From Phaeosaccion multiseriatum (taxonomy: Eukaryota > Protista > Ochrophyta, other classes), in assembly GCA_965112735.1 (NCBI GenBank), contig OZ218965.1, forward strand, positions 558,001 through 622,000: a stretch of DNA of 64,000 nt, given 5' to 3'. The notes under the pieces were generated by a model. That model saw only the letters and a program-made list of their open reading frames with translations. It did no database searches and was not told the DNA's origin. Below are positions 51,911 through 63,660 of the stretch, in pieces. The position numbers and the translations under genes were made by a program. The first letter of the stretch is position 1; each line of letters begins with the position of its first letter.

Positions 51911-52160
51911 CCTGGCGTTTGGCCGCCTTGCCAGAGAAGAGTCTGCAGAGGAGCCCCAGCTCGTCCACTAACAGGAGGTATGATGAGCCTCGCACGTTTT
52001 TCTTCTACCGTCCTTCCGTAGCTTCTGCCCAAGGCCCTTAAGCGCCAGAAGAAGGAGGAAGAAAGGGAAATCGGAAGGACACGATAGGAGGTTTGCGTGT
52101 TGTAATCCGACGGTGTTCTCACAGGTCCCCTCTTAGACACAGGCACGATTCCAGGCACAA

Positions 52161-52316
52161 TGAACTCGGGATTGGGAAGCTGAGAGCGTGCTCGCAGCAG
52201 CTTTGTGGCAAGAATTAGCGGGAAAGTGGCAGAGAGGCGCACCTTTGCCGCTCACCCGCTAGTTCTTGCCACAAAGCTGCTGCGAGCACGCTCTCAGCTT
52301 CCCAATCCCGAGTTCA
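52161..52316 (+). ncRNA. Long hairpin (62-bp arms), candidate pre-miRNA/hpRNA or MITE
   Basis: 52161-52222 is the reverse complement of 52255-52316 except one position, which is a U.G pair on the + strand. The spacer also pairs using G.U. Confidence 0.5.
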
Positions 52317-52377
52317 CTATTTTTTCCTCAATCTTCCACATCTGTACACATCTCCTCTTTCGGGATTCAGCCGATGA

Positions 52378-52770
52378 GAATCTGCGCAACTGCTCCACGA
52401 GACGGGCCACTGGGTCATCACCAGCGACATCGTCAGCGCCCACAACGCGATCACAACCGCAGCCACGCTCACGGGAACCGCCCTCGTCGACCCCCACGGC
52501 CTCGACCACAACATCGCCGCCCTCGGGAAAGACCGCCTACTCATATACCTGTCTGACGACGGCAACCAGCTGCTACACACCAACCGTGGCAGCGGCGGAC
52601 AAGGCGACCCCGAGGCCAGCAAGAACTTCTGCTGCGGACTCTTCCCCCTCCAACAGAAGTGGACGAATGAAGCACGACAAGCTGGCATCCTCGCACCCCG
52701 AGCCTACCAGGACGACTTCATCCAACATGGTTTATGGGTGGGGTTGGGGGATGCAAACCAAACCCAGTAA
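52378..52770 (+). mobile_element. Truncated non-LTR retrotransposon reverse-transcriptase fragment (CRE/R2-like)
   Basis: ATG-less open frame, absent from the ORF track: 'WVITSDIVSAHNAI' (motif A), 'RGSGGQGDPEASKNFC' (motif B), 'AYQDDF' (YxDD at 52705-52716). Confidence 0.75.
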
Positions 52771-53562
52771 GGAGTACTTTGGGGGGGGGGGGGGATAGGA
52801 CAAGGGCAGTAGCAGTGCGAGAAGCACAGAAGGAGAGGGAGAGAGAGAGAGTGAAAGAGGGAGAGGAAGAGATGATCTTGCTTGCTGTGAATAAGAGCAT
52901 GCCCTAGAAGAGGCGTGTGCCTGATGTAGAGGTGTATGGGGAGAGGAGGCTGTGAATGAGACACACATCGTTTACCAACTGCTGCAGCCCCAGCCAAGGG
53001 GGGGGGGCTCAGGCTCGTCGGTACGTGGTCCGTGCCGCGTAGAGAGTGCTGCAACGTGCAGCCACGCCGAGTGACTCTGAGGTGGGTCCTCGGCCGTTGG
53101 TGATTCAGTACCTAAGTCAGCGCGCGGAGAGGGAGGGAGGTTGGCGGAAGACAGGAGGGCGGGGCGCGGGTTGTTTTCATCTCAAGGCATCAAGATCTCC
53201 GGCACACATGATATCTTATCTGTGCCTGGTCTGGGACGGTACTGCAGGCAGCCCCAAGAGAGCGAGCGTGTGGCTACCGCAGCGGGTACTCGCTTTGGAG
53301 CGGAGGAGCGTAGCTAGGGGAGGGGAGGGGAGCAGCAGAGGAATGCTTCGGAGAAAGTTACTGACTAACATTTGGAATAAGCAAGTACTGTTAATGAAAT
53401 TCTATGAAGTGCATGGTAACAAAGGGAAGAGATATATATATATATATATACACCACCACCACTGCTTGTCCTGTGAATGTCTCGCGGCGCTCTCTTCCGC
53501 TCAGCGCTCCCCGTCTTGGCGACGACTTGCCGAGCATCCGAGGGGTCGGTACCACTGCCTTA

Positions 53563-56500
53563 CTATGAAGTGCAGCTACCCTCCACGCAAAAGAGGCCGT
53601 CGGCACAGGAGTCGCCGCCGTTTAAATCTCCCGCGCAGCTCTGCCCTCCTTGGCCACGACTCGCCGAGCAAGTGCCAATGAAGGGGCCGTTGCTAGTGGT
53701 GTCGCCGATGCAGTAGCCGCCGGCACCTCGAGTGGTCAGGTCACCGCAGCAAGCTGTGAAATAAAAGAGGGATGCCGTGCACTCCGCCCCCTCCACGAGG
53801 CACTCGCTGCACGTCCCTTCGATGCAGAAAAGTCCTTTAAATAGCTCGCACGAACTCCTGCTAAAAGGGGAGTTTTCGTCCACCTCGCACTTATCACCAA
53901 CAGCTCCTCGTGCAGCGCAGCTACCCTCCATGCAGAAGAGGCCGTCGGCACAGGAGCTGTTGATCCAATCTCCCGCGCAGCTCTCCCCTTCTTGGCCAAG
54001 ACTCGCCGAGCAAATGCCACTGAAGGGGCCGTTGCTAGTGGTGTCGCCGATGCAGAAGCCGCCGGCACCAGCGGAGCTCACGTCACCACAGCAAGCTGAT
54101 TCGCCGAAGGAGGATGCCGTGCACTCCGCCCCCTCCACGAGGCACTCGCTGCACGTCCCCTCGAAGCAATAGAGGCCTGGGGCACAGGTGTCGACGATGG
54201 TACTGGTGGTGAATTCGCAAGAGTCACCGGCACCTCCTGGTTCGCTGCACGTCCGCTCAATGCACAAGAGGCCTGGGGCACAGGTGTCGACGCTGGTACT
54301 GGAAGTGGAAAAAAAGTCGCAAGAGTCACCGGCACCTCCTGGTTCGGTGCAAGTCCCCTCCAGCTGGTCGCAAAAGAGGCCTGGGGCACAGGAGTGGAAC
54401 CTGGAACTGGAAGTGCTGGTGAAAAAAAAATCGCAAGAGTCACCGGCACCTCCTGGTTCGCTGCATGTCCCCTCAATACAAAAGAGGCCTGGGGCACAGG
54501 TGTCGACGCTGGTACTGGAACTGCTGGTTAAAAAAAATTCGCAAGAGTCACCGGCACCTCCTGGTTCGCTGCACGTACCCTCAATGCACACGAGTCCGAG
54601 GCCTGATGGACATTCACGGCTACTTGTACATGTCAGAGCTGGGGTTGCAGGCACGGTGGTCGGTGTCAATGCAGGAGAGGCGGTGTCTGCAGGGGGCTCC
54701 TCGATGCCGTCGATGATGTCGAGGTCGGGTATCGCAGCAAGAACTTCCTCCACAGCCGTGAGTAGGGCCGCTGACGCGAGTGTGGCAAGGGCCTCGGTGT
54801 TCAGCTCCTCCTCTGCTGCAACGTCGTAAAACGTGGTGGCAGCTGTCGCGTAGGAGACGACATTCTCGTCCTCTTCTGGTAGCTCGATCATGGAGAAGGA
54901 GCCCTCCACAACGCCAGAGGCGGAAGCGCCACTGGGGATGGTAGTAAGAGCGACCCTTTCCACAGCGGCGCCGATGATGCTGAGCACTTGCGCACTGACC
55001 CCGGAGTCCGCCTCGTCTCCGGCGGCAAGATGGCGTCTGCGAGCGTATCGGCGGGCTACGACGAGGCGTTGGATGATGGCCTCAAAAGGGGCCGTGACGC
55101 GGACGGTAATCGCCGCCGGCTGAGGGAGGGGAAAGACAGAGAAGGGAAGGGAGGGGAACGAACGCGAATGCAAAAGCGAATACGAACAGACCAAACATAA
55201 AAACCGAACAGAAAGCGGGGAGTGGGAGTGTGCCACGTGAGCTTCAAGAGCGTGATTGCCAACACTTTCACAGTCAAGTACCTGCGAGAGCAAATCATGA
55301 GAGGAAAACAAAACCCGAGGGGCAACACAGGAGCGCGTCATATCACCTACCGGAGTCGGAGCAGCAGTCGGAACTGAAGTCGAGGGCGCGGGGGTCGGAG
55401 GGGTGGTGGTTGGAGCGACGGTGGTTGGGACCTGAGGGAGAGGGACGAGACGACGCAGGACAGGGGGAGAGCAGACGATGGGAGTATGATGGATGCATGC
55501 ATTACGCGTCAGAAGCACAGCAAGAAAACGTACCACGGAATGAATACATGCCTGAGAGGAGGAATCATCGTCTGCCGGGCAAGGATCAAAGATGCTGATG
55601 TGGAGGGTATACGGGAGGAGACAAGAGGAGAGAGAAAAGGAGCGCACCGCGTCATATCACCTACCGGAGTCGGAGCAGCAGTCGGAACTGAAGTCGAGGG
55701 CGCGGGGGTCGGAGGGGTGGTGGTTGGAGCGACGGTGGTTGGGACCTGAGGGAGAGCGACGAGACGACGCAGGACAGGGGGAGAGCAGACGATGGGAGTA
55801 TTAAGGATGCATGCATTACGCGTCAGAAGCAGCCACAGCAAGAAAACGTACCACGGAATGAATACATGCCTGAGAGGAGGAATCATCGTCTGCCGGGCAA
55901 GGATCAAAGATGCTGATGTGGAGGGTATACGGGAGGAGACAAGAGGAGAGAGAAAAGGAGCGCACCGCGTCATATCACCTACCGGAGTCGGAGCAGCAGT
56001 CGGAACTGAAGTCGAGGGCGCGGGGGTCGGAGGGGTGGTGGTTGGAGCGACGGTGGTTGGGGCCTGAGGGAGAGCGACGAGACGACGCAGGACAGGGGGA
56101 GAGCAGACGATGGGAGTATGATGGATGCATGCATTACGCGTCAGAAGCACAGCAAGAAAACGTACCACGGAATGAATACATGCCTGAGAGGAGGAATCAT
56201 CGTCTGCCGGGCAAAGATGAAAGATGCTGATGTGGAGGGTATACGGGAGGAGACAAGAGGAGAGAGAAAAGGAGCGCACCGCGTCATATCACCTACCGGA
56301 GTCGGAGCAGCAGTCGGAACTGAAGTCGAGGGCGCGGGGGTCGGAGGGGTGGTGGTTGGAGCGACGGTGGTTGGGACCTGAGGGAGGGCGACGAGACGAC
56401 GCAGGACAGGGGGAGAGCAGACGATGGGAGTATGATGGATGCATGCATTACGCGTCAGAAGCAGCCACAGCAAGAGAACGTACCACGGAATGAATACATG

Positions 56501-58938
56501 CCTGAGAGGAGGAATCATCGTCTGCCGGGCAAGGATCAAAGATGCTGATGTGGAGGGTATACGGGAGGAGACAAGAGGAGAGAGAAAAGGAGCGCACCGC
56601 GTCATATCACCTACCGGAGTCGGAGCAGCAGTCGGAACTGAAGTCGAGGGCGCGGGGGTCGGAGGGGTGGTGGTTGGAGCGACGGTGGTTGGGACCTGAG
56701 GGAGGGCGACGAGACGACGCAGGACAGGGGGAGAGCAGACGATGGGAGTATGATGGATGCATCACGCGTCAGAAGCAGCCACAGCAAGAAAACGTACCAC
56801 GGAATGAATACATGCCTGAGAGGAGGAATCATCGTCTGCCGGGCAAGGATCAAAGATGCTGATGTGGAGGGTATACGGGAGACAAGAGGAGAGAGAAAAG
56901 GAGCGCACCGCGTCATATCACCTACCGGAGTCGGAGCAGCAGTCGGAACTGAAGTCGAGGGCGCGGGGGTCGGAGGGGTGGTGGTTGGAGCGACGGTGGT
57001 GGGGACCTGAGGGAGAGGGACGAGACGACGCAGGACAGGGGGAGAGCAGACGATGGGAGTATGATGGATGCATGCATTACGCGTCAGAAGCACAGCAAGA
57101 AAACGTACCACGGAATGAATACATGCCTGAGAGGAGGAATCATCGTCTGCCGGGCAAGGATCAATGATGCTGATGTGGAGGGTATACGGGAGGAGACAAG
57201 AGGAGAGAGGAAAGAAGGCAAGCAAGGCAAGGGACACTAGAGCCCAGGGCGGAGAGGATACGCTTCAAACCTGAGTGGGTGGGATGGCCACTGGAGCTGG
57301 CGTCGGTGGCGATGTCGGGGTCACCGTGTTGGCGACCGCTGGGCAGTCCGGGAAGAAGGAGAAGTTACAGAATCTACACTCCTGTCCCAATCCTCGTGCA
57401 TTGCACCCGATGCCTATGGACATTGAAGAGAATCAAGAGAATGCGGGTAGGGGGGGGGAGAGTACATGACGAGCGATGACGATGAGAGAGGAGGTGAGCA
57501 GCGCTAGTTGACATGATGAAAACGACGGCGAGGTGAGGAAGGCACACAAAGCAGGATGGCTGGCGACGGCGTACAATCTACTCCTTACAAGAGCGAGGGT
57601 CTCTAGCGCAGTCCAGGCACAGAGGATCCAGGAAGCATGGTTCGCTGGAGTGACAGCGGGCAGAGCAGGCGTCGTCGGCTCCTCCTCCTCCTGCTGCATT
57701 GCTTGGGGCTCTTGTCGGCGCAGGAGCAGAAGGCGTGGTGGGTGCGGCGGGCACGGAAGTAGGCGTCGGAGGGGAGGTCGAAGATGAGGTGTCTGGGCAC
57801 GGATCAAAGATGCCGAAGCCACAAAACCTACAATCCCTCAAACCCCGTGCATTGCACCCGATGCCTGTGGATGCCCATTAGGCAGAGTGAGAGCAGCAGG
57901 ATAGGGGAGGAGGGGCGGGGAGGCAGGGGTGGGGGGAAGGTCAGGCCTTAGAGGGAGAAGGAAGCAAGGGCAGCAGCAGGCAGTGACTGGCGGATGGCTG
58001 GGCTGGTGCTGGCGTAGTGATGACGTCACTTACCGCCACTTGCACAGGAGGGGTCGAAGAAGCAAGGCTCCGCCGGATTCCCCTGCCGACAGAGTACGGA
58101 GCAACTGTCTCCTCCTGCGTCGCTCGGAGGGGTTGGTGCCGGAGAAGAAGGGGACAAGGTGCTGATGCTCGGAGGGCTTGTCGGTGACGCAGGAGAAGGA
58201 GGTGCTGCGGAGGGGGCTCCCGTCGATGCGTCAGCTGCCGGGCAAGGATCAAAGAAGCTGAAGCCGCAGAATCTACATTCCGTCCCAAGTCCCGCAGCAT
58301 TGCACCCGATGCCTATGGGTGTGCATTTAGGCAGAGCGAGAGCAGCAGGATAGGGGAGGGGAGGAGGACAGTCACCAGGTCACGGAAGAAGGTCAGCAGC
58401 TTCGCACTCTAGAGATGAGTAGTGATGGCTGCTGCTGAGGAGAAGGAGCGGGCGGGCCGAGAGCAGAGGGGCGTAAGAAGTGAGGGCATTTTTCCTTACC
58501 TCCACTCGCGCACGAAGGATCCACAAAGCAGGGCTCCGCAGGGTTCACCCTAAGGCATAGGGCAGAGCAGTCCTGTTCAGACAGTAGAGCTCGTTCCACG
58601 ATGGCGGCGGTGCCGCTCGCCGTCGACACGAGCTGAGCGAGTAGTAGATGGGGTAGGCAATGAACAGCAGGCCCGGCCGGCCGGGAAGAAAGAGGGAGAG
58701 ATGAGCAGGCCAGCAAAAGGAGCGAAGAAGCGGTCGTAGGTTACTTTGGCTGACTGCCCAAGCAAGAAAGCACACCAGACCTGGCTCGCTGCCTGTGCAG
58801 AGGAAAGGACTTTTTTTCACTTCTTGGATCCGCGTGATCCAACAAGCATCGCTTCACCCCCTTGCTTGCCTTGAGCGCAGCCACCTGAAAGACGAACCCA
58901 CTGCTGCTGAGCAGCAGAGCACCGAGGAAAGATCTCAT
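53563..58938 (-). CDS. Secreted Cys-rich, mucin-like protein: 3x 'PCFxDPxC..GIGCNA..CRFC[G/N]F' modules, 6 tandem PT-rich exons, C-terminal 'GxxGDSC..CAPGLFCIEGTC' repeats
   Basis: Signal peptide 'MRSFLGALLLSSSGFVFQVAA'. GT-AG-bounded exons. Long terminal exon from ~55120 to the stop at 53563. Confidence 0.7.
55330..57210. repeat. Tandem array of 6 exon+intron units (~311-318 bp)
   Basis: Anchor 'tatcacctaccggagtcgg' at ~55341, 55655, 55973, 56287, 56605 and 56916. The copies are nearly identical. Confidence 0.95.
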
Positions 58939-59246
58939 GACCGCTCAGCGAAGCTACTTTCAACAAACTCTCTCTGCTGCGCATAGCTACAAGACTTCAA
59001 CCCCTGGGGGGAATTCCTTCTTCAGTCTCAGGTCTGTTCGAAAAAACAAAACAAGGGGGAAAGCCAAGCAAAAGATGCGAAAAAATGCGGGTGCGTCGCT
59101 CCTGCTGCTCTCGGCTGCTCTCGGCCCCTGCCTGACAAGGTTCTGAGGCGACCCTGGTTCCAGCCGGCCAGGTTCCAGGTTCTGGTCGGCGCCATGTGTT
59201 CAAAAGTGCGGCCAATGGTGCGGCAGCGGCACCGAAACGGCAGATG

Positions 59247-59400
59247 GCACTTAACGCACACGTTGATAGTGTTCATTGACCAGACTTATTTACAGTCCCC
59301 GAGAAGCCAAGACAAAGTCGTGCACTTAACGCACACGTTGATAGTGTTCATTGACCAGACTTATTTACAGTCCCCGAGAAGCCAAGACAAAGTCGTGCAC
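59247..59400. repeat. 75-bp perfect tandem duplication
   Basis: 'gcacttaacgcacacgttgatag...gacaaagtcgt' occurs twice, head to tail. Confidence 0.92.
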
Positions 59401-62400
59401 CCCTTTTCCTGTGCAGCATGACGGAACCGTTATTAAGAGGGGCCTTCACACGAATGAAGCCACGATGTCGAATTTTGGTTACGCTGATGGAGAGATGACA
59501 GTCGAAGATGAAGAAGGTCCTTGGCCTCAGCCACGGAGAGGTACGAAGACAAGTAGTCAGGGAGGCACGTGCACACAGAAAGAGAGATAGAGGAGGGAGG
59601 GGGGTGAGGTAGGGAGGGAGGGGAGCAGTTGGTACGTTTCTACGACCCCTATTGCGTGGTCTGAGTGTCAGCATTTTTTCTTTTTTTCGCCCTTGATATC
59701 TTGATCTGCTTTGTCCTTATCGTACAATCCTCCTGCTCTTGCTGCTCGTCGATCATTTCAGATGAGGGCACAAGAGATGGGCAAGCTTGCGTCGGAGATT
59801 GTAGCATTTGTGGGCATGGGACCTCACGGGCACCATCACCGGCCAGCTGGGCTTCCGACTTGCTACACCGGGGGGTGATTGCACCACTGAAATGAAGCAC
59901 ATCACGGACATGTTGAGATGCCTACGCGTCTGCATTCCCTGCTTGGAGGATGTGTGGAAGAGAGTGGAGGCAGGCGAGAATATCCAATGGGAGGAGGTGA
60001 AGGCAATGTGTGACTGCGACCTCGACTGCCATTCCATTGAAGGAGGGCCCTGTGGAGAGGAAGACTGCCCCTGTAGTACACACTTCACAAAGCGTGTATG
60101 CACCACTTGCAAAGAGAGGGGCCGGGCTTGTATCAGCCTGGGGGCCATCAGCGTATCGCATGACAGCCGTGGCGCGCAGCAAGCTACTACTGTGCGTTGC
60201 TCTGAGGGGAAGCTTGGAGAGAAGGACTCTTTTGGCGACTTCCAGATCTTTGCTGATGCTGTCCACCTGGTCAAGAGCTTCAGGTCTTCTATGTATAACT
60301 GGTGGCTTGTACAGGACGGACACTTCTCGTAGGATTGCGCTCCATTCTTGCTCGGTGCGTACCACGATGCCAATCCGGTCGTGCAAGACGCAGTGCAGCA
60401 TGAAATTCCCCTGGAGGCTGTGAAGAACCAGAACAAGTTCTCCATCGAGACAGCGCTGGCCCTCATCACGCATGCGGCAACGACATCACTGCTGTCCGAA
60501 GAAGAGCGACGGTCCAAGTGTGCGCCGATTGTCAGGACCGTCGGTCCAGAGTGGGACCGCTGGTGGCGAGAGAACAGCAAAGACTTGTTTCGCAAGCCCA
60601 TGGGACTTGGGTACCACACGGGGTCGGGAATAATCTCTCTATTCTCGGCATTCTGTTGATGGTCAAAGTACAGCACGTGCCGGCGACATGCACAGTTGTC
60701 CTGCGAGATGCTCGCCTCAAGGATACCGGCGGAGTGGCAGTAGTAGCCTAGGCGACTGTGTGTACATTTGCAGCAGCAGAGACAACAAGTTGTACGTTGT
60801 TCACGTCAAGGAGTCATTGACAGGGTCTCACGAGAAGCGCGATTTTGACGAGGGTCGGGATGGGATTGACAAAGAAAGCCGTAGAGCTCAAAACAGTGCA
60901 GACTCGGCAGCAAAGTCTACGTGAGGGCCCAGGGAAGGTCGTTGAGCACTTCATGTCGCTTCGGAATCCCATTGCGGTGTGTGTTGGCTTGGGCTTGGAC
61001 AAGGACTACGATCTTTTCGTGTCTCAGCAGCTGCCGGGGGGTAAGGGGGGGCTCGTTCAGCTCTCCTTTCGAGCGCGCGACCCCACTTCTGCCCTTTGCA
61101 CCCTGGTCGCCTCGCTTCACGGAAAGCCGGCAGGTGTGACTGCTCTTTCGGCTTCTTGCTTTGCAGTACTCGTGGATAGGTCCTTGTTCGTGTTGGACAG
61201 ATCTTCCCGACAAGACGAAGAAAAAGAGGGGAGAGAAGAGGAGAAGGAGGAAGAGGAGGAGGGGGGGGGAGGGGGGCAGAGGGTGGAGGTGGAGGAGGAG
61301 GAGGATTCTGCAAAGACGGTCGAAGCGCGGAATGAGCGTCGCACGAGGAGCAGAGCTGGAGGAGAGTCTAGGGGGGGGAGGGGGGGGGCGGGAGAGGCTG
61401 GAGGGCATGTATGGCTCGCAATGGAGAGCGTTGGCGAGGCGCCCTGTGGCTTGCATGCAGCACCGACTGAGGTGTCCGAAGATGCGGATGCGAGACACGT
61501 CATGTATGGGGTTGATCAGGGCGACCACTCCGTCAAGGTGTTGTGGCAGAGTGCTGCCACAGAGCAATGGACTGTACGTGTGGTGGCAGGCGGCATCGGC
61601 AACGACAAAGCGGGCAAGAGCACTGGGAGCGGCACGGCCAAATGGTCGCTCTCTTCAAACCTACCTGGGGCTGTTTCCTTGGTGGGAAGAGTTTCCTGTT
61701 CTCAGGCAGTGGCACACAGCGTCTCCGGCTTCTTACGGACATGTACCCTCTAGCGGAGCGCCTTCTTCCAATGCTCCGGCGCTTGGCCGAGGCGTACCTC
61801 CCTTCCTGCGCTGTTGACGGCGCGGACATGCACAGAAATGCCAAGTCATTGACCGAGTCTGCAGCCAAGATGGCCTCAGAGGACGCCGCAGAGCGGACCG
61901 GGAAGTCGCTCGCATCCGTTCAGGGGCCCGAGGGCGTCATCTCGCCTTCGCTAAAGAAGAGCATCAAGGGCGCTGTAGTCGCCTTTTCGAAGCCGATGAA
62001 GAGGCTGAAGGAGGAGGTGAGTCACAAGTGCCACGACACGACGGAGGGGAAGAGCCCACTGCCTGTCTGCCTTGCTATTTTTTATCTTGCGCTGACATTT
62101 CCCCCATCTCCCCCTCCTCCTATACCGATGCTCCCTTGCTCCACTGTGGGTCTCTCTTGTCCTGCAGGGAGTTCCTGCACGTGTGACCGACAAGATTATG
62201 GCCAAGGCATTGCTCACCTTGAATGTGGAGACCAGCTTCACGCAGTACCGCAATGGGGGTGGGGGGAACACCAGCCAACGTTCCAGATGTGCTCCAAGTG
62301 CTTCCACGGCGACAGATTGCCGGCCTTGAGGAGGCGAAGCGATGGGGTGGTGGCAAGGGATGTGTCTACAACACCGACAGCAGGTCCAGCGGCCAGCAAA

Positions 62401-63660
62401 AGTTCGGCGGCCACTACCACCACTCTCTCAATTTCAGCAGGCGTGTCGCTGCCCCCGTCTATACATGAGAAGGAAAGTTCACGCACGCTCTCTGTCTCCA
62501 GCGGAGCAAACGACGCGAGAGCGGGAGCTGCGCATACTTCGTCAGGCGGCTTGAATCATGAGGCCATGATGCGTAACGCGGGTCACAGACAAGGGAAAGG
62601 CCCAAGTTGGTGCTCTTCCTCTGTCAATCGCGTACGACAACATTGAGAGTCGGGGTGACAACACGTCCGGGTATGAGCCAGGTTTTAGCAGCTTCAGGGG
62701 TGGAGGGGGGGGGCAGAGCAGCACGGCCACCCAGATCGTGCACCGATAGGGAGATCTGGTCTACATGAAGGCGGTGAATGGCTCGGGCAATGAGCTCTTC
62801 TTTGTGGTCCAGCTAAGAGAAGACGTAAAGGAGGCGTACAAGAAGGTCCGCAGAGGAGCTGGAAAGACAGTGAAGATGGGAAAGATGGGAAAGAGACCTT
62901 TTGCCGGGGCGTGCGACATTTTGTGAAGGGCAGCGCTGGTGGGGATCAAGCAAAGCGTGGCTCCGGTGATGTGGTATACAGCTACACCCATGATGCAAGC
63001 GTGAACGTGGAGGCGATGCACGGTGCGTTGACTTCGTTCGGTAACGCTGCCTACCTGCACGAAGGCTTCTCAGTTGGGACGAAGGGAAAGCAAGAAAAGA
63101 GGGGCAAGAAGAAGGGAGGGAAGGGCCCCAGCGCTTTGTCAGTCCCCGCTGATGTCGCCACCACCAGCCCGAGCATGCAGTCACTTTTGGCCAGGCGCTT
63201 GATGCGCCTCACCATCACGGAGGAGGAGCATGACAGCATCGTCGGTATTGTCAATGACTCAAGCAAAGAGAATGTCGACAGGCAAAATCGAGGCTAACGC
63301 CAACCAGATGATGAAGAGGTGGTCGCATCAGAAGGAGACGATGACAGTGAAGACGAAGGAGATGAAGAAAGCACGCCTCATCAGCGCAAGCTGGGAGTTA
63401 TGGTCAGCACGAGATCGTCCCGGGGCCGTTCGACAGGGGCGCCAGTGAGTTACAGAGATTTGCACATCGGCAAGAAGAGGAGGGGAGGGACAGTGTGTGT
63501 GGTGTGCAGGCAGGACGTCACAGAGGAGCGTCACACATGCTGCTATGTGATACTGACGCGTGTGGTGGAGAGTATCACCTCGGGTGTCTGACGCCTCCTC
63601 TCACTGAGGTACCTGAGGGGAGTGGTATTGTCCGGCGTGCCGCGAAAGGAAGTAGGCTAG
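59400..63660 (+). mobile_element. Decayed P-element/THAP9-like DDE transposase with Cys cluster, long (propeller-like) insert and C-terminal PHD finger; contains introns
   Basis: D1 'HDGTVIKRGL..FG' (59420), D2 'SHDSRGAQ' (60162), 'FADAVHLVKSFRS' (DxxH, 60255), E 'LLTLNVETSFTQYRNGG' (62228). PHD 'CVVC..LLCDTDACGGEYHLGCLTPPLTEVPEG.WYCPAC' (~63495-63645). Many stops and frameshifts. Confidence 0.62.

Noticed and set aside
55330-57210. CRISPR-like or mobile repeat array
   Set aside because: The units are full-length tandem copies without unique spacers, and exon+intron duplication explains them.
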